A stretch of DNA of 64,000 nt, from contig NW_024704742.1 of NCBI RefSeq assembly GCF_018977255.1, positions 123,072,001-123,136,000 on the forward strand, in the 5' to 3' direction. Numbering within the stretch: the stretch's first letter is position 1; every line of letters starts with the position of its first letter. The DNA comes from Callorhinchus milii (lineage: Eukaryota). Below the pieces are notes generated by a model. The model was not told the origin of the DNA and made no database searches. It saw only the letters and a program-made list of their open reading frames with translations. The translations under genes were made by a program, and so were the position numbers. This document shows positions 62,286 to 64,000 of the stretch, one piece after another.

Positions 62286-63750
62286 GTAAGGGTTCCTCAT
62301 TACTTGCATATACATTCTACCTTATATGTACTGTATTTTGTTTCACGTCTATATGCATGCAAGGCTAAGTAAGCCTCTCTGCTGAAGCAACAATTTTATT
62401 TTGACGTATTCACAGTCAAACAAGTCTGTTAGTGTTTATTTGTGTAGGAATAGGAAGACAAAGATCAGTCAGCATTCTTGCTCTGATCACTATCTGTTGA
62501 CCCCTGCTGGACAAGCTTGTTCATAAGATCAAAAGATAGATTCTGAAGAAAAAGGCCCCTCAGCAAATTTGATCTCATCCTTCCAAAATACTAACCCTAA
62601 TGCTAACATGATATAATGCTAACTTGAAATAATACATAATACCACCAAAATATAATATCAAATAATATTAACACAAAATAATAATGGATTATTAATAATA
62701 GATTGAAACTACGATATGCACTAAAGTTAGAAAAACATGTTCCAATTCTAGAACATATTGACTTGAATTCATTTATGAACTTGTTGATATCAGTCCTAAA
62801 CTTGGAATAATGTAAATCGCTGTTTATCAAAGGTGCTTCCCGTGATAAAAAAANGCAGCTGAGATTTTGTTTGTGCTCTTATTCTTATTGTTAGTGGCTG
62901 TAAGTGCAAATGGTTTGAAGCATCAGAAGTCTCATTTCAACAATTTGTTATATTTTAATTGAGGAAGTGCTTTCTACGTGCAAGATGAAGTTTATCTGAT
63001 ACTTGCATGTGAGTTATCTGCAGATCTTCCAGCATTGTAACTGAATGCTTTCCAACTTTTATGTCAAAACTATTCATATTGGCAAAGGGATATGTCCAGT
63101 GATTCATGTTTCCTTCAGATACTAACTTGCAGCTTTACACAGTACAAGATAAATTGCAATGCTTTGGCATATAGTTGTACACTAGAACACAGCTAGTGCT
63201 TTTCTGTAAGTATCTTCTTGTGAACATACATGTTACATTTTAATTCCATGAACTGAACATTAACATTTGAAGTTGTTTAACATTCCCATGCATTTTGTGT
63301 TAGTATAAGATGAATATTACTTTCTGATACTTTCAAATGCTGAAGAAATATAATGAAATGTAGAAAGGAAGGATTAAGATCGAAGATGAACAAAGAAAAT
63401 CATTTCTGTTTTATACATTCATGGTGCCCTTTCAACAACAGTAGGGATGTTTTTTTTACAAGTTACAGTACACTGTAGCATTTGTATTCTTCTTGGGAAA
63501 GGCTTTAGGCTGCTTGATGTTAGAACTATAATGGTTAGGTGTGACCCAGTAATAATCAGTGGAACGGAACCAGGCAATGAAATTGGCAGATATAAATAGG
63601 ATAAAATGAGTCACCAGCCAACAAGGGGCAAGCTAATTTGTTGATATGTTTTTGGTTGACTAGTTATCTGCAGAATGCTTTCAATATGAACTCTGTTTTG
63701 CAATTCTGGCAAACAACATGCTCAGAAACGTTGACTGACACTCTTTGTAT

Positions 63751-63935
63751 TTAATAATAGTAATAATAATAATACTTGCATTTGATATATTGCCTTACCG
63801 TGTCATCCAAATGTCTCAAAATGCTTGACAGAATTTCACACTGTAAAGTGTGATGATTGTGTGCTTTGTAGGCAAATGTGGCAGACAATTTGCACACAAC
63901 AATGTCCCACAAACAGCAATAAAGTGAATCACATA
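63751..63935 (-). mobile_element. 5'-truncated Deu-SINE
   Basis: TAA-repeat tail and Deu core GCACACAACAATGTCCCACAAACAGC. Confidence 0.85.
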
Positions 63936-64000
63936 TTTTATCTGGAGAATCATTGGCCCCAGAAGATATCAGGTACACAAGACATCAGTTTATTTTTTGT

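Overview
Vertebrate genomic DNA, intronic or intergenic. The repeat complement points to a cartilaginous fish, possibly a chimaera (inference). I find no intact protein-coding gene: the informative ORFs in the track are broken reverse-transcriptase fragments of L2 and CR1 LINEs. The window is dominated by (i) 5'-truncated L2 LINEs and many isolated 50-70 bp L2 3' tails ending in (TTG)n; (ii) about 20 copies of a young tRNA-Ala-headed Deu-domain SINE in two subfamilies; (iii) older Deu-type and AmnSINE2-like SINEs; (iv) CR1 fragments; (v) Penelope-type terminal fragments with a decayed minimal hammerhead ribozyme; (vi) several MITE or fold-back elements; and (vii) an unclassified repeat of about 600 bp or more. 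Repeat-free blocks resemble conserved non-coding elements, and several + strand segments with good splice signals (including a 12-nt microexon candidate) suggest a large host transcript that I cannot identify. The most notable patterns are locally templated inverted or direct duplications at the 5' junctions of retro-insertions (including a perfect 44-bp inverted repeat), two L2 3' ends at nearly the same nucleotide in separate copies of one repeat, and an apparent SINE tail swap to the L2 3' stem-loop. Most element boundaries are approximate, read by eye.
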